Shown here in pieces: positions 29,150 through 38,314 of a stretch of DNA of 64,000 bases (positions within the stretch are counted from its first letter, which is position 1; each line of letters opens with the position of its first letter). Made by a program: the position numbers and the translations under genes. The notes under the pieces are model-generated. The model was given only the letters and a program-made list of their open reading frames with translations. It was not told where the DNA came from and did no database searches. This DNA is from an uncultured Thermoleophilaceae bacterium. GTDB lineage: Bacteria > Actinomycetota > Thermoleophilia > Solirubrobacterales > Thermoleophilaceae. The stretch lies in the NCBI GenBank assembly GCA_963849605.1, contig CAWKHX010000002.1:398424-462423 (forward strand), written 5' to 3'.

Positions 29150-31307
29150 TCCGGCGCGACTTCGGCGGGTCGCCCAGGCGCTTGCCGCCGTAGATCACGT
29201 CGCCGTTCTTGCGCTGGTAGGTGAGCCACGACAGCGCCGGGCGCTGGCTCACGCCCGGCTTGCTGTAGTCGCACACGCCGCCGGGGAACGCTTCCTGGAG
29301 GCGCTGCCACTGCTCGTCGGTGAACTCGACCGGGTAGTCGTCCCGGCGCATCGGCTTGAGCTGGCATTTCATGACGTCGTCGGTCATCGGCTCGTCGGCC
29401 CCGAGCCGGGGCGTCCCATACGCGGCGACCGTCTGGTCGCACACCTCCGACGGCTGCTCGTTCCCGTGCCCGTCGGTGCAGCGCGCGGCCACCGCGTCGG
29501 GCTTGTTCTCAATGATCTTCTTGGCCAGCGGCACCTTGCGGTGGTCCGCGTCGACGCGCTCCAGCCAGCCGTCGATGGCGAACACGGCGTCCTGGGAGAA
29601 GGACGGATCGCCCACCAGCGGCACCTGCCCGCGCCAAAGGATTTGGTTGGCGGCGGTGCCGAAGTTGCGCAGGAGACGCGCGCGCATGGCGTACGTGCGG
29701 AAGACGTCGTGGAAGGCGCCGGGGTCGGGGCCCCGGAGGTCGATGATCGCGACCTTGTCGAGGTTGTTCGCAGAGTTGATCGCACCGGTTCGGTAGAGCC
29801 GTCTGAGCGCGACCGGGTCAGCAGCGGTCCGCTCCGCCGTGATGTTGAGGTCGAGGTCCCCGCCGCCGATGTGCGTGTTGAAGTCGACGAACTGCGCCGC
29901 CGAGATGCGTCCCTGCCGGAGGCCCTTCATGCCGTACTGGATGCCGACGTTGTCGAAGCCCCGGCGCGCGAATCCCTGCGGATCGCGGCCGAAGGCATTG
30001 ACCATGTAGTCCTGGAGCGTGCAGCGCACGCCGTCGGGGTTGGTGTTCTCGTCGTAGACCTGATCCTCGGGAACGCCCGGGCACGGGCGCGTCGGCTCAC
30101 CCGAGTTCGGGATCACCGTCGTGAACGTGACCGGATTCGCCGGGTTCGGGTGGTCGAAGAACGCGGTCGTCGCGTTCGCGTCGTAGGTGACCCCGGGATC
30201 CCACCGCATCGGGCTCTCGAGGTACTGGAGCCCGAAGTAGTACTCCTCGTACTGCATCGCGGACGACCACACGTCCGTGAACGAGCACTGGGGCGTGATG
30301 CCCTGGTAGATGCCGGGATAGGCGTTCGCGACCTGATGCTGGACGAGCGAACCGCCGGAGCAGCCGCTGCCGATCGTCCAGCGCGCGGTCCCGTAGGTGT
30401 CGATGACGTGCTCCTTCGTCATCACGAGCGACTCGGCCTGCGTCAACAGGTTGCAGTTGTGCCCGGCGTGGTCGAGCGCGTGCGACATCACGATGAAGCC
30501 GCCGCCCAGGACCTTCGGCAGGAGAACGCTCGGCGCCTCGGCTGACATGTACTGCGTGTCGCACGAGAAGCCGTGCGTGATGACGAGCCGCCGGTTCGAC
30601 TGGGGCTGCGGCGCATTCGCCGTCCACGGCTGCTCGGGGTCGAACAGGGTCGCGATCGCGTACTGGTCGCGGTCGAGGTAGCCGACCTCGAGGCGGATGA
30701 TGAACGGCACCGTCACGCCCTCGGTGGTCGTCGTGGTCTCGATTTGATCTTCGGGCGGCGGGTTCTCCGGGTCGTACTCCTCGAACGGGCCGCCGTCACT
30801 GTTCGACGAGATGCCCGGAAGCGCCTGGCCATCCTGAGACGCGCCCTTCGGCAGGTAGAAGAAGCGGAACGACGTGGGCTCGTTGCACTGGTCGTCCTCC
30901 GCCGTGTCCTGGCACGCCCAGGGCTGGATCTGCGGGCCGGCGAGCACGGGGCCGCCGATCGGATGGTTCCGGACCGCCAGCCGCGCCGCACCACCGTGAC
31001 GGACGCGCGCCACGAGCCGCGTCTTGCCGTCGCGCAGATCGGTGACGAGCCCCTGCAGCCGGCGGCGCCCGACCCGGTCGAGGGACCTGGTGACATTCCG
31101 CCGGCCCGCGAACAGCTTCACGCGCGAGGCGCGGACTCCGCGGGGGACCTTCACCTGGACGAGCGCGTCGCCGCCGGACACCAGGTCGGCGCGGTTGGAG
31201 AGCACCTTGATCTTCGGCACCGGGGTCGCGGCACCGGCCGATGGCGTGCCAAGCACCGCCCCCGCCAGGCACGCGCCCACCAACAGCATCGCCCGCTTCC
31301 TCACCAC
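29139..31307 (-). CDS. secreted alpha/beta-hydrolase-like protein, tannase/feruloyl-esterase-like (possibly DUF6351)
   Basis: Signal peptide RKRAMLLVGACLAGAVLGTPSAGA and nucleophile-elbow-like GSGCSGGS. Start is approximate (GTG 31307 / ATG 31289). Confidence 0.65.
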   Translation of the reverse strand: MVRKRAMLLVGACLAGAVLGTPSAGAATPVPKIKVLSNRADLVSGGDALVQVKVPRGVRASRVKLFAGRRNVTRSLDRVGRRRLQGLVTDLRDGKTRLVARVRHGGAARLAVRNHPIGGPVLAGPQIQPWACQDTAEDDQCNEPTSFRFFYLPKGASQDGQALPGISSNSDGGPFEEYDPENPPPEDQIETTTTTEGVTVPFIIRLEVGYLDRDQYAIATLFDPEQPWTANAPQPQSNRRLVITHGFSCDTQYMSAEAPSVLLPKVLGGGFIVMSHALDHAGHNCNLLTQAESLVMTKEHVIDTYGTARWTIGSGCSGGSLVQHQVANAYPGIYQGITPQCSFTDVWSSAMQYEEYYFGLQYLESPMRWDPGVTYDANATTAFFDHPNPANPVTFTTVIPNSGEPTRPCPGVPEDQVYDENTNPDGVRCTLQDYMVNAFGRDPQGFARRGFDNVGIQYGMKGLRQGRISAAQFVDFNTHIGGGDLDLNITAERTAADPVALRRLYRTGAINSANNLDKVAIIDLRGPDPGAFHDVFRTYAMRARLLRNFGTAANQILWRGQVPLVGDPSFSQDAVFAIDGWLERVDADHRKVPLAKKIIENKPDAVAARCTDGHGNEQPSEVCDQTVAAYGTPRLGADEPMTDDVMKCQLKPMRRDDYPVEFTDEQWQRLQEAFPGGVCDYSKPGVSQRPALSWLTYQRKNGDVIYGGKRLGDPPKSRRIKK

Positions 31308-31435
31308 CAGGGGGAATCTACTCGGCTGCGGATTACGGGTGCGGGTACCCGCCCCCACGGACACAGGGCTCCCCCACTGTCTCGACGGCGCGCCGAACGT
31401 ACCGTCGGCTCGACCCCAATTCGGAGGAGCTCACC

Positions 31436-32074
31436 ATGAAGACCGCACTCAAGATCATCGGAGCCTCGTTCGTCGCTTTGGCCGTTCTCGGCGGCGCCAT
31501 TTACGCCGCCGCGCAGGCACTCGAGACGAACAAGACTCACACCGACAGGATCTCCCGAACAGTCGACCACGTCGTAATCAAGGCTGAGTCGGGCGACATC
31601 GAGGTCGTACCGGGCGGACGTTCCGTCGAGGTCGAGCGGACGGAGCACTACGTGCTCGACTCACCCGACGAGAGCCGGACCCTGGAGGATGGAGTCCTGA
31701 CGATCGAAAGCGAATGCGACAGCGTCCTCCCGCCCTTCTGCGCGTCGGACTACCGCGTCGAGGTGCCTGACGGCGTGACCGTCGACGTGCGAACGTACGT
31801 TGGCGACATCGACGTCGAGGCGATCACCGGGCGGCGGATCGAGGCCCGCGCATACGTGGGCGATGTCCACGTCGATGCGGCTCGCAAGGGCGACGTCACG
31901 GCTCGCACGAACGTCGGTGATGTCGACGTCGAGATGCCGCGAGGCACCTACGCCATCGATTCGGACACGGCGGTCGGCGACTCGGACGTCGCGGGCCTGA
32001 TCGCCTTTGACCGAGCGCAGCATGCGCTGGACGCGCGTGCCGACGTGGGAACCGTCGACGTAGCGGCTCGGTAA
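31436..32074 (+). CDS. DUF4097-like beta-repeat protein with N-terminal TM anchor
   Basis: GGAGGAG SD before ATG 31436. Repeated VGD(I/V)(D/H)V strands (YVGDIDVEA, YVGDVHVDA, NVGDVDVEM). Confidence 0.7.
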   Translation: MKTALKIIGASFVALAVLGGAIYAAAQALETNKTHTDRISRTVDHVVIKAESGDIEVVPGGRSVEVERTEHYVLDSPDESRTLEDGVLTIESECDSVLPPFCASDYRVEVPDGVTVDVRTYVGDIDVEAITGRRIEARAYVGDVHVDAARKGDVTARTNVGDVDVEMPRGTYAIDSDTAVGDSDVAGLIAFDRAQHALDARADVGTVDVAAR

Positions 32075-32221
32075 TTCGTGGACTGCGTGGTCGGCGAGGC
32101 CCTACACTCACCCTTGAGGGTCGGGCCTCGCCCGACCGCAGCAGTGCCCCGCGTTTCAGCAGTCGTTGCCTAGCCGCATCCTCCGCGTTTCGCAGTGCAC
32201 ATACCCCGGAGGAGGACAGAA

Positions 32222-32389
32222 ATGGCCTCAAGCGGCAAGCGGAAGACGACGATGGCGAAGCTCAACCGTGAGCGCAAGCTGATCGAGAAGCGGGTGCAGA
32301 AGCAGGCCAAGAAGCAGGCGCGCCGGCTGGCGGCGGAATCGCCCACCGGGCCGCCGGCCACGGAAGCCCTGGGCCCCGACGAGCAGTAG
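32222..32389 (+). CDS. small, highly basic Lys/Arg-rich protein (55 aa)
   Basis: GGAGGAGG SD 6 nt before ATG 32222. Sequence MASSGKRKTTMAKLNRERKLIEKRVQKQAKKQARR.. Confidence 0.55.
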   Translation: MASSGKRKTTMAKLNRERKLIEKRVQKQAKKQARRLAAESPTGPPATEALGPDEQ

Positions 32390-32396
32390 CCGGTCC

Positions 32397-33365
32397 ATGG
32401 CCTCGAGGTGGGCCGATCTCAGGGCATTCGGTCACCGGCACCGCACCGCGGTCACGATCGTGGGATCGGTCGGGACGGCGGCGGCGATCGTCGTTGCGCT
32501 GGCAGGGCACCGCGACGAGTTCGAGCAAGCGCTCTCGGCGGTTCCGCTGTGGCTGCTCGCGGTGGCAACGCTGCTTCAGATTGCGGCTCTGCTGGCCCGC
32601 AGCGAGGCGTGGCATCTGACGATCGAGGCCGCCGGCGGGCGCGTCGAGCGGCGCGTGCTGTTCCGCGCTTCGAGCGTGCAGGTCCTGGGCGGCGTCATCA
32701 ACGGGCATCTCGGCGTCGCTGCGCGAATCGCAGCGCTCCGGCGCTCCTCGCCGGACGTGAGCCCCCAGGTGCCGACCCTGATCGCCGCCGAGTTTCCGAT
32801 CATCGCCGTGGAGGCCGCCCTGGCGGCGCTGACTTCGTTCACGCTCATCGGGCCGCTCGGACTTCCGTGGTGGTTGCCGCTGATCCTGCTGGGGGTGATC
32901 GGCGCGGCGAGCGCCGGGCTACGGCATCTCGCGCTCCGCAAGGGCCGCGAACTGTGGAAAGGACTCGCCGTCCTGCGAAGCCTGCGCGGGGGAAGCCGCG
33001 TCGTCGCGTTCGTCCTGGTCGCGGTCTTCGCTCAGATCTTCCGCAACTGGATGCTCCTCCACGCCGTCGGCGTCGACGCATCGTTCTTCGACGCGATCGC
33101 CGTTCTGATCGCGTTGGTGACGCTCAGCCAGCTGCCGGTCGGACCGAGCGTGGGAGCGGCGGCGGCCGTGCTGATACTCGGCAGCGACGGGGTGGCCGCG
33201 GCGGCTGCCGCGGGCGTCTTGCTGACGGCCACGGGCACCGCCGGCGGGCTCTGCTTCGCCGCCTGGGCGGGCGCAGACCGGCTGTGGGTGGGGCGCGACC
33301 GCGCTCGCGCAAACGAGCCCGCGAGAATCGCGGGCTCGTCCGGGTCGGCGTCGATCACCTCCTAG
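32397..33365 (+). CDS. UPF0104 / lysylphosphatidylglycerol-synthase-TM-region-like (flippase-like) membrane protein
   Basis: 322 aa with about 8 helices. Family assignment is by general resemblance only. Confidence 0.6.
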   Translation: MASRWADLRAFGHRHRTAVTIVGSVGTAAAIVVALAGHRDEFEQALSAVPLWLLAVATLLQIAALLARSEAWHLTIEAAGGRVERRVLFRASSVQVLGGVINGHLGVAARIAALRRSSPDVSPQVPTLIAAEFPIIAVEAALAALTSFTLIGPLGLPWWLPLILLGVIGAASAGLRHLALRKGRELWKGLAVLRSLRGGSRVVAFVLVAVFAQIFRNWMLLHAVGVDASFFDAIAVLIALVTLSQLPVGPSVGAAAAVLILGSDGVAAAAAAGVLLTATGTAGGLCFAAWAGADRLWVGRDRARANEPARIAGSSGSASITS

Positions 33366-33679
33366 CGATTCCGTCTGTGCCTCGCGTGGTGTGCTCCCCG
33401 CTTGCGGTTGCTCGCCACGTACCTGTCTTTGGACGTGTCGTACGGGTCGAGACCCGCCGCCGCGCGCAGGGCGGAGATCGCGTCCCACGTCGGGCCGGTG
33501 GGCGGCTCGACCCACACGTGCGTGTCCTTGGACACGTCGTACGGGTCCAGGCCGGCCGCCGTGCGCAGGGTGGCGATTGCCTCCGACGTCGGGCCGGAGT
33601 CGGCCGACGCGACAGACGCGGGGCCGAGGGCTGCGAGCACTGCGGCGAGCCCAATAATGCGTGTGCAGACCTTGAGCAT
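33362..33679 (-). CDS. small secreted protein with two tandem 28-30 aa repeats
   Basis: SD-like AAAGGA before ATG 33679 and signal peptide MLKVCTRIIGLAAVLAALGPASVASA. Repeats are EAIATLRTAAGLDPYDVSKD and DAISALRAAAGLDPYDTSKD. Confidence 0.65.
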   Translation of the reverse strand: MLKVCTRIIGLAAVLAALGPASVASADSGPTSEAIATLRTAAGLDPYDVSKDTHVWVEPPTGPTWDAISALRAAAGLDPYDTSKDRYVASNRKRGAHHARHRRNR

Positions 33680-33735
33680 GGTGGTCCTTTCGGTCGTGGG
33701 GCTCATCACGACGACCGTACGAGCGCGCTCGTGCC

Positions 33736-34002
33736 GTGGCATCGGCAGAACTGCCCAGATTGCGGCTGTGCGCCGCCTATGTTGGGCGGACGGTCCCGAG
33801 CCCGACGTATGCTCACTTCGTGCGCGCGCTTCTGGACGGCGGACCGCTGACAGGCAGGGACGTCGAAGTCGAGCCCGTGGAGGGGCGGCCGCCGAAGACG
33901 ATCGACCTTCCCGACGAGAAGGGCGGCACATACCGGTACTGCCTGGAGCAGTGGACCCAGGAGGGCATGACCGCGACGTACACCTTTCTCTACGCCGTCT
34001 AG
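33736..34002 (+). CDS. small hypothetical protein (60-88 aa, start uncertain)
   Basis: Very high GC3 from about 33790 onward (..VRALLDGGPLTGRDVEVEPVEG..YRYCLEQWTQEG..). Ends 14 nt before the next gene. Confidence 0.5.
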   Translation: MASAELPRLRLCAAYVGRTVPSPTYAHFVRALLDGGPLTGRDVEVEPVEGRPPKTIDLPDEKGGTYRYCLEQWTQEGMTATYTFLYAV

Positions 34003-34016
34003 GCAAGCGACCGTCG

Positions 34017-34886
34017 ATGAGTGAGGACGGAAGCGCCGTCGCCCGGGCAAAAGCGCAGGTGGCCGCCGTGCGCGACGACCCGAGCGGGCGTCTTGCATTG
34101 ATCACGCGGACGTACCACGGCCCGACCGGTCGCGCCCCGCAGCACCTCCCGTTCAGGCGGGCGGCGCTCTCGTTCATGCACTGGCAGGTGCAACGGGGCG
34201 TTCTCAACCCAATGGACAGCTCGCCGCCCGGCAGCCCGTGGTGGCGCAGCATCAACGAACGCCTGCTGCTGGATGGATGCGAGTCCGTCGCGCTCACGGC
34301 TGGCCTGTCAGGGCAGCACCCTTCCCCGAGCGTCCGGCTGTGGCTCGCGTTCATCGAGACGCCGACTGCGCGGAACTGGTACCGGGCCCACAACGCGAGC
34401 ATCGTCACCGCTTATCTGGAACACCGGGGGCTCGCCGAGGCGGAAAGCGTGCCAGAGCGCTTCTTCATGAATGTCGCGCTCGGTCGCGTCCTGTATGCCC
34501 ACGCCCTCGTCGGCGCGCGACGGCTGGCGCTGGGACGGTTCGCACCGCTCGGGCGCCTGCTCGGCGATCCGCGGCTCGGGATGGCGGGGGCGTTCCTTTC
34601 GCTCGGTCGCGTGCTCCCCGACCGCTATCCGCTCGCCGATGACGTCGATACCTACCTCGCCGACGAGAATCGTCTCGGGCGGCTACTCGACTATTCCGTG
34701 ATCACTCCTCGGCTCCAGCGCGTGTACGAATGGTCGGCCGCGGAGCTTGGCGAACCACGCCTGCTCGACCTGATTCGTGACGGGAACCCCATCTACGCCT
34801 GGCCGTTCGAGGAGCGACACGTATGGCACGCGCCGGACATGCCACTGGCGGGACGGGTCCTCGAACGGGCGACCAGAACGCGGTAA
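34017..34886 (+). CDS. hypothetical helical protein (289 aa), no family recognised
   Basis: In-frame ATG 34017 (MSEDGSAV..) within track ORF 33402..34886, with coding-like composition. Confidence 0.6.
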   Translation: MSEDGSAVARAKAQVAAVRDDPSGRLALITRTYHGPTGRAPQHLPFRRAALSFMHWQVQRGVLNPMDSSPPGSPWWRSINERLLLDGCESVALTAGLSGQHPSPSVRLWLAFIETPTARNWYRAHNASIVTAYLEHRGLAEAESVPERFFMNVALGRVLYAHALVGARRLALGRFAPLGRLLGDPRLGMAGAFLSLGRVLPDRYPLADDVDTYLADENRLGRLLDYSVITPRLQRVYEWSAAELGEPRLLDLIRDGNPIYAWPFEERHVWHAPDMPLAGRVLERATRTR

Positions 34887-34973
34887 GCGCACCCTTGCAT
34901 TCGAGCATCGGGGGTGGGAGAGTCGAGTTACCGGGCCCGGCGGCGGTGCCGGGCCGCAATTGGAAGGATTCGC

Positions 34974-35336
34974 ATGGCTGATCGCCTGCTGTTCATCAGC
35001 TGGGGCAAGCCTGTCCCGGGTCGCGAGGAACGCGGACTCGAAGTCTTCAACGAGGCCATCGGCATCTGCGGACGGATGCAGCAGGAGGGCCGCATCGAGA
35101 AGTTCGACGTTGTGCTGTTCCAGCCCAACGGCGACCTCAACGGCTACATCCAGCTCCACGGATCGGCGGAGCAGATCGCCGCTGTCCACGAGGACGAGGA
35201 GTTCCGGCGCAACACCGTCGATGCGAGCCTGGTTGTCAACCAGCTTCGCCACATCGATGGTGTGACGAACGAGGAAATCGCTCGCCAGATGTCGCTGTAC
35301 CAGGAGAGCGTCGCCCGAGTTCCCCAGGCCGTCTGA
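34974..35336 (+). CDS. hypothetical small soluble protein (120 aa)
   Basis: GGAAGGA SD-like motif before ATG 34974. Sequence MADRLLFISWGKPVPGREERGLEVFNEA.. Confidence 0.6.
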   Translation: MADRLLFISWGKPVPGREERGLEVFNEAIGICGRMQQEGRIEKFDVVLFQPNGDLNGYIQLHGSAEQIAAVHEDEEFRRNTVDASLVVNQLRHIDGVTNEEIARQMSLYQESVARVPQAV

Positions 35337-35615
35337 CCTTGATGGCGCATCCGTCTAGGCCCGGTGCCACCCTGTCGGGATCGACGAGGATCCCCGACAC
35401 CCGCTGATCGCCGCTCACATCGAAGCGATCGCGAACCGGGCCGAGACGGATGCAAAGCGGCTCGCTTCGACCCTGCTAGGACGCTCTTGGCCGGGCGGAC
35501 CGCGGGACCGGAGTGAGCCCGTGGCGCTTCATTGGGTCCGCCGCTGGGGGCCGAGCAGGGTTGGCCCGTCGGCGCCGGCGTGCACTTGCACCACCGGCCT
35601 CTGCGCCATCTGCAA

Positions 35616-36251
35616 CTAGCCGATTAGGCCCAGCCGCATCGCCTTCGCGACGGCGCCGGCCCGGTCGCGCACGTCGAGCTTGCCGTAGACGTTCTGGAAG
35701 TGCGTCCGGACGGTGGCCCGGCTTAGAACCAGCTCGTCGGCGATCGCCGGCCCACCGTGTCCGTTCGCCGCGAGCTGCAACAGCTCGAGCTCTCGCGGCG
35801 TGAGCGGCTCAGCGGGCTGAAGCTCATCCGGGAACAGCGCCAGCTCCTCACCAGACAAGCTGGCCGGCGCGAACCCAGCGAGGTAAAGGCCGGGCATCGC
35901 CTCAGCGATCCCTCGCGCGGCGACTGTCACGGGAGCCCTGTCACCGCCTTCCAGCGTGAGGGCCTTCAGGGCCACCTGGCCTTCGTCGCACATATGGGCC
36001 CACGCCGTCTCGAAAGTCGTCATGGCGAACGGCACGACGATGTCGGGCACTCGGCGTGACAGGAGCTCGCCGCGGCTCAGTCGCAGTGTCATGCATGCGG
36101 CTGTGTTGGCATGTCTGAAGCGGCGGCTCTCGTCCATCAGCACGAGCGGGACCGGGCTGCGAGCGAAGGTCGGGGTCCAGCGGCCGCGGCTGGTTGCGGG
36201 CGCCCTGCACGACGTCGGTCGCACGTTCCAGCGCGTGGAGCAACCCCCCAC
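35616..36251 (-). CDS. PAS-like sensor domain plus LuxR-type HTH regulator
   Basis: SPVPLVLMDESRRFRHANTAA (PAS N-cap) and LTPRELELLQLAANGHGGPAIADEL (LuxR HTH). The N-terminus may lie in another frame (ATG 36255, MGGGLLHALERATDVV..), with a switch at the G run 36172-36175. Confidence 0.7.
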   Translation of the reverse strand: MGGCSTRWNVRPTSCRAPATSRGRWTPTFARSPVPLVLMDESRRFRHANTAACMTLRLSRGELLSRRVPDIVVPFAMTTFETAWAHMCDEGQVALKALTLEGGDRAPVTVAARGIAEAMPGLYLAGFAPASLSGEELALFPDELQPAEPLTPRELELLQLAANGHGGPAIADELVLSRATVRTHFQNVYGKLDVRDRAGAVAKAMRLGLIG

Positions 36252-36321
36252 CCATTTGGCGCAAAAATACGTCTTTTGACCGAGTTCCGCGCCGCCTCGG
36301 CCTGGGAACTCTGTTCACAGG

Positions 36322-37689
36322 ATGAATCCGCGGGGCGCGGGGGGCGCGGAGGGCCGACCGGCGGGATCGGCTGGCGTCGCCGCGCCCGTAGAGGGCGTCA
36401 AGAATGTCGTGCGGCTCGAGTCGGGCTCCAGTCCCGGCCCGGCGGGTGCTGAGGAGGTGCTCGAGCGCCTGGCCCGTGCCGGGCAGTTCCGGGACGAGGA
36501 GAGCGCCGAGCACGTGGAACGGGTGAGCCGGACCTGCGCTCTCATCGCTCGCGAGCTTGGCTGGGAGGGACCGGGGTGTGGCGGGCTCAGGGTCGCTGCC
36601 GCGATGCACGACATCGGCAAGGTCGGCGTGCCCGATGCGATCCTGCAGAAGCCGGGCACCCTCTCGCCGGACGAGCGACGCGTGGTCGAAGCGCACACGC
36701 AGATCGGGTACGAGATCCTCGCGGGCTCCGACAACCCGGTGCTGGAGCTCGCCGCTACCGTCGCGCTGACTCACCACGAGCGGTTCGACGGCGAGGGGTA
36801 TCCGCGCGGGCTGACGGCGAATGAGATCCCTGAGGCCGGGCGGATCACGGCCGTCGCGGACGTCTTCGACGCTCTCACGAACAACAGGGCGTACCGGAGC
36901 GCATTCAGCATCCCAGAGGGTCTCGAAAAGATTCGCGCTGGGCGAGGCAGTCACTTCGACCCCGCCGTGGTGGACGCCTTCGAGGCGGCGCTTCCGGAGA
37001 TCGAAGCCGTACGCGAGCTCTATCCGGATGCTCCGGACGCCGGAAGCGCGAATCCGATCTTCGTCAGCCCTGAGCGGCCTATTCGCACGCTGATCGCCAT
37101 CCCTCACGGGGCGGTCGCGCGCGGACTCGAGCTGCTCCTTCGAGGGGAGGGCATCGAGGTCGCAGGCAGCGCGGATTCCGCTGATGTCGCCGAGGCGCTC
37201 CTGGCGCGCCGACCCGTCGACGTCGTCGTCCTCGACCCCGCCGTCAACCGCGAGGACGCGAACCGGGTCGCCCAGACGGCGAAGAGCTGCGGCGCAGCGG
37301 TTTTGCTGTACACGAGCGCGTCGACGGCCCCGCTCGGCGTCGCGGACGCCGCCGGGACGGTGGCCGCAGAGGGGACGCCGGCCGAGTTCGTGACCGCGAT
37401 CCGCACCGTCGCGCGCGGCGAGACGTACACGGACCCGCGACTCTCACCCGGCGGCACCGACGATGCGCGCGCGACGGCGGCAACGCTCACGACCCGCGAG
37501 CGCGAGGTGTGCACGCTCCTCGCCACGGGACTCAGCGGAGAGGAGATCGCGGAGAGGCTCTTTCTCTCCGCCGAGACCGTGCGCACGCACATTCGCAACG
37601 CGATGCAGCGGCTGGGCGTGAAGACGCGCTCGCACCTGATCGCGCGGGCGATCACGACAGGAGAGATTCCCAGCGATCGCCGCGTTTGA
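36322..37689 (+). CDS. HD-GYP phosphodiesterase domain fused to a degenerate receiver domain and a LuxR HTH
   Basis: AAMHDIGK and HHERFDGEGYPRG (HD-GYP). REC-like block IRTLIAIPHG..VVVLDP.. lacks the acidic pair. C-terminal LTTREREVCTLLATGLSGEEIAERL. Confidence 0.8.
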   Translation: MNPRGAGGAEGRPAGSAGVAAPVEGVKNVVRLESGSSPGPAGAEEVLERLARAGQFRDEESAEHVERVSRTCALIARELGWEGPGCGGLRVAAAMHDIGKVGVPDAILQKPGTLSPDERRVVEAHTQIGYEILAGSDNPVLELAATVALTHHERFDGEGYPRGLTANEIPEAGRITAVADVFDALTNNRAYRSAFSIPEGLEKIRAGRGSHFDPAVVDAFEAALPEIEAVRELYPDAPDAGSANPIFVSPERPIRTLIAIPHGAVARGLELLLRGEGIEVAGSADSADVAEALLARRPVDVVVLDPAVNREDANRVAQTAKSCGAAVLLYTSASTAPLGVADAAGTVAAEGTPAEFVTAIRTVARGETYTDPRLSPGGTDDARATAATLTTREREVCTLLATGLSGEEIAERLFLSAETVRTHIRNAMQRLGVKTRSHLIARAITTGEIPSDRRV

Positions 37690-37787
37690 GGTATGTAGGC
37701 CAGCCGAGAGGCTCCGATACATGAGCACCGAGCAGGACCAAGGCCAGATGGTCCGCTCGGAATAAATAGAGAGCGCATTTTGCGGAG

Positions 37788-37816
37788 GGCCCCCGATAGG
37801 GGGTCTTCTGCGTTCT
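37788..37816 (+). terminator. candidate intrinsic terminator
   Basis: 7-bp GC stem GGCCCCC/GGGGGTC with loop GATA, followed by TTCTGCGTTCT. About 100 nt after the stop at 37689. Confidence 0.45.
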
Positions 37817-37851
37817 AGGGTTGGAGGCAACGTCTAGCCAGGAGGTTGCTG

Positions 37852-38172
37852 ATGCCCAAGTTCCTGATCGAGGCCTCGTACACGCCGGAGGGCGCCAAGG
37901 GTCTCCAGAGTGCGGGCGGGACAAGCAGGCGGGATGCCGTGGCGAAGGTCGCGGAGAGCGTTGGGGGCCAACTCGAGAGCTTCCACTTCGCCTTTGGCGA
38001 CTGCGATGCCTACGTGATCGTGGACCTTCCCGACAACGAAAGCGCCGCGGCCGTCGCGCTCACCGTCAATGCGAGTGGCGGGGCGACGACAAAGACGGTG
38101 GTACTTCTGACGCCGGAGGAAGTCGACGCGGCCGCGAAGCGCTCGGTTGACTACCGCGCGCCCGGAGCCTGA
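37852..38172 (+). CDS. GYD-domain protein
   Basis: AGGAGG SD then ATG 37852. Sequence MPKFLIEASYTPEGAKGL...GDCDAYVIVDLPDNESAAAV. Confidence 0.8.
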   Translation: MPKFLIEASYTPEGAKGLQSAGGTSRRDAVAKVAESVGGQLESFHFAFGDCDAYVIVDLPDNESAAAVALTVNASGGATTKTVVLLTPEEVDAAAKRSVDYRAPGA

Positions 38173-38314
38173 ACGCATCTGGCCCCGCAGGCAGTCCCGT
38201 TTGCCTGGCAGTGCGTTGCCTTGTCGCGTGGGTCGCGGTTGGCGTGCTACCGCTGTTAGGCCAAAGGACTGCTAGCCGCAGGGCCAGCTCCAACTATCAG
38301 CGTACTCCTGCTGG

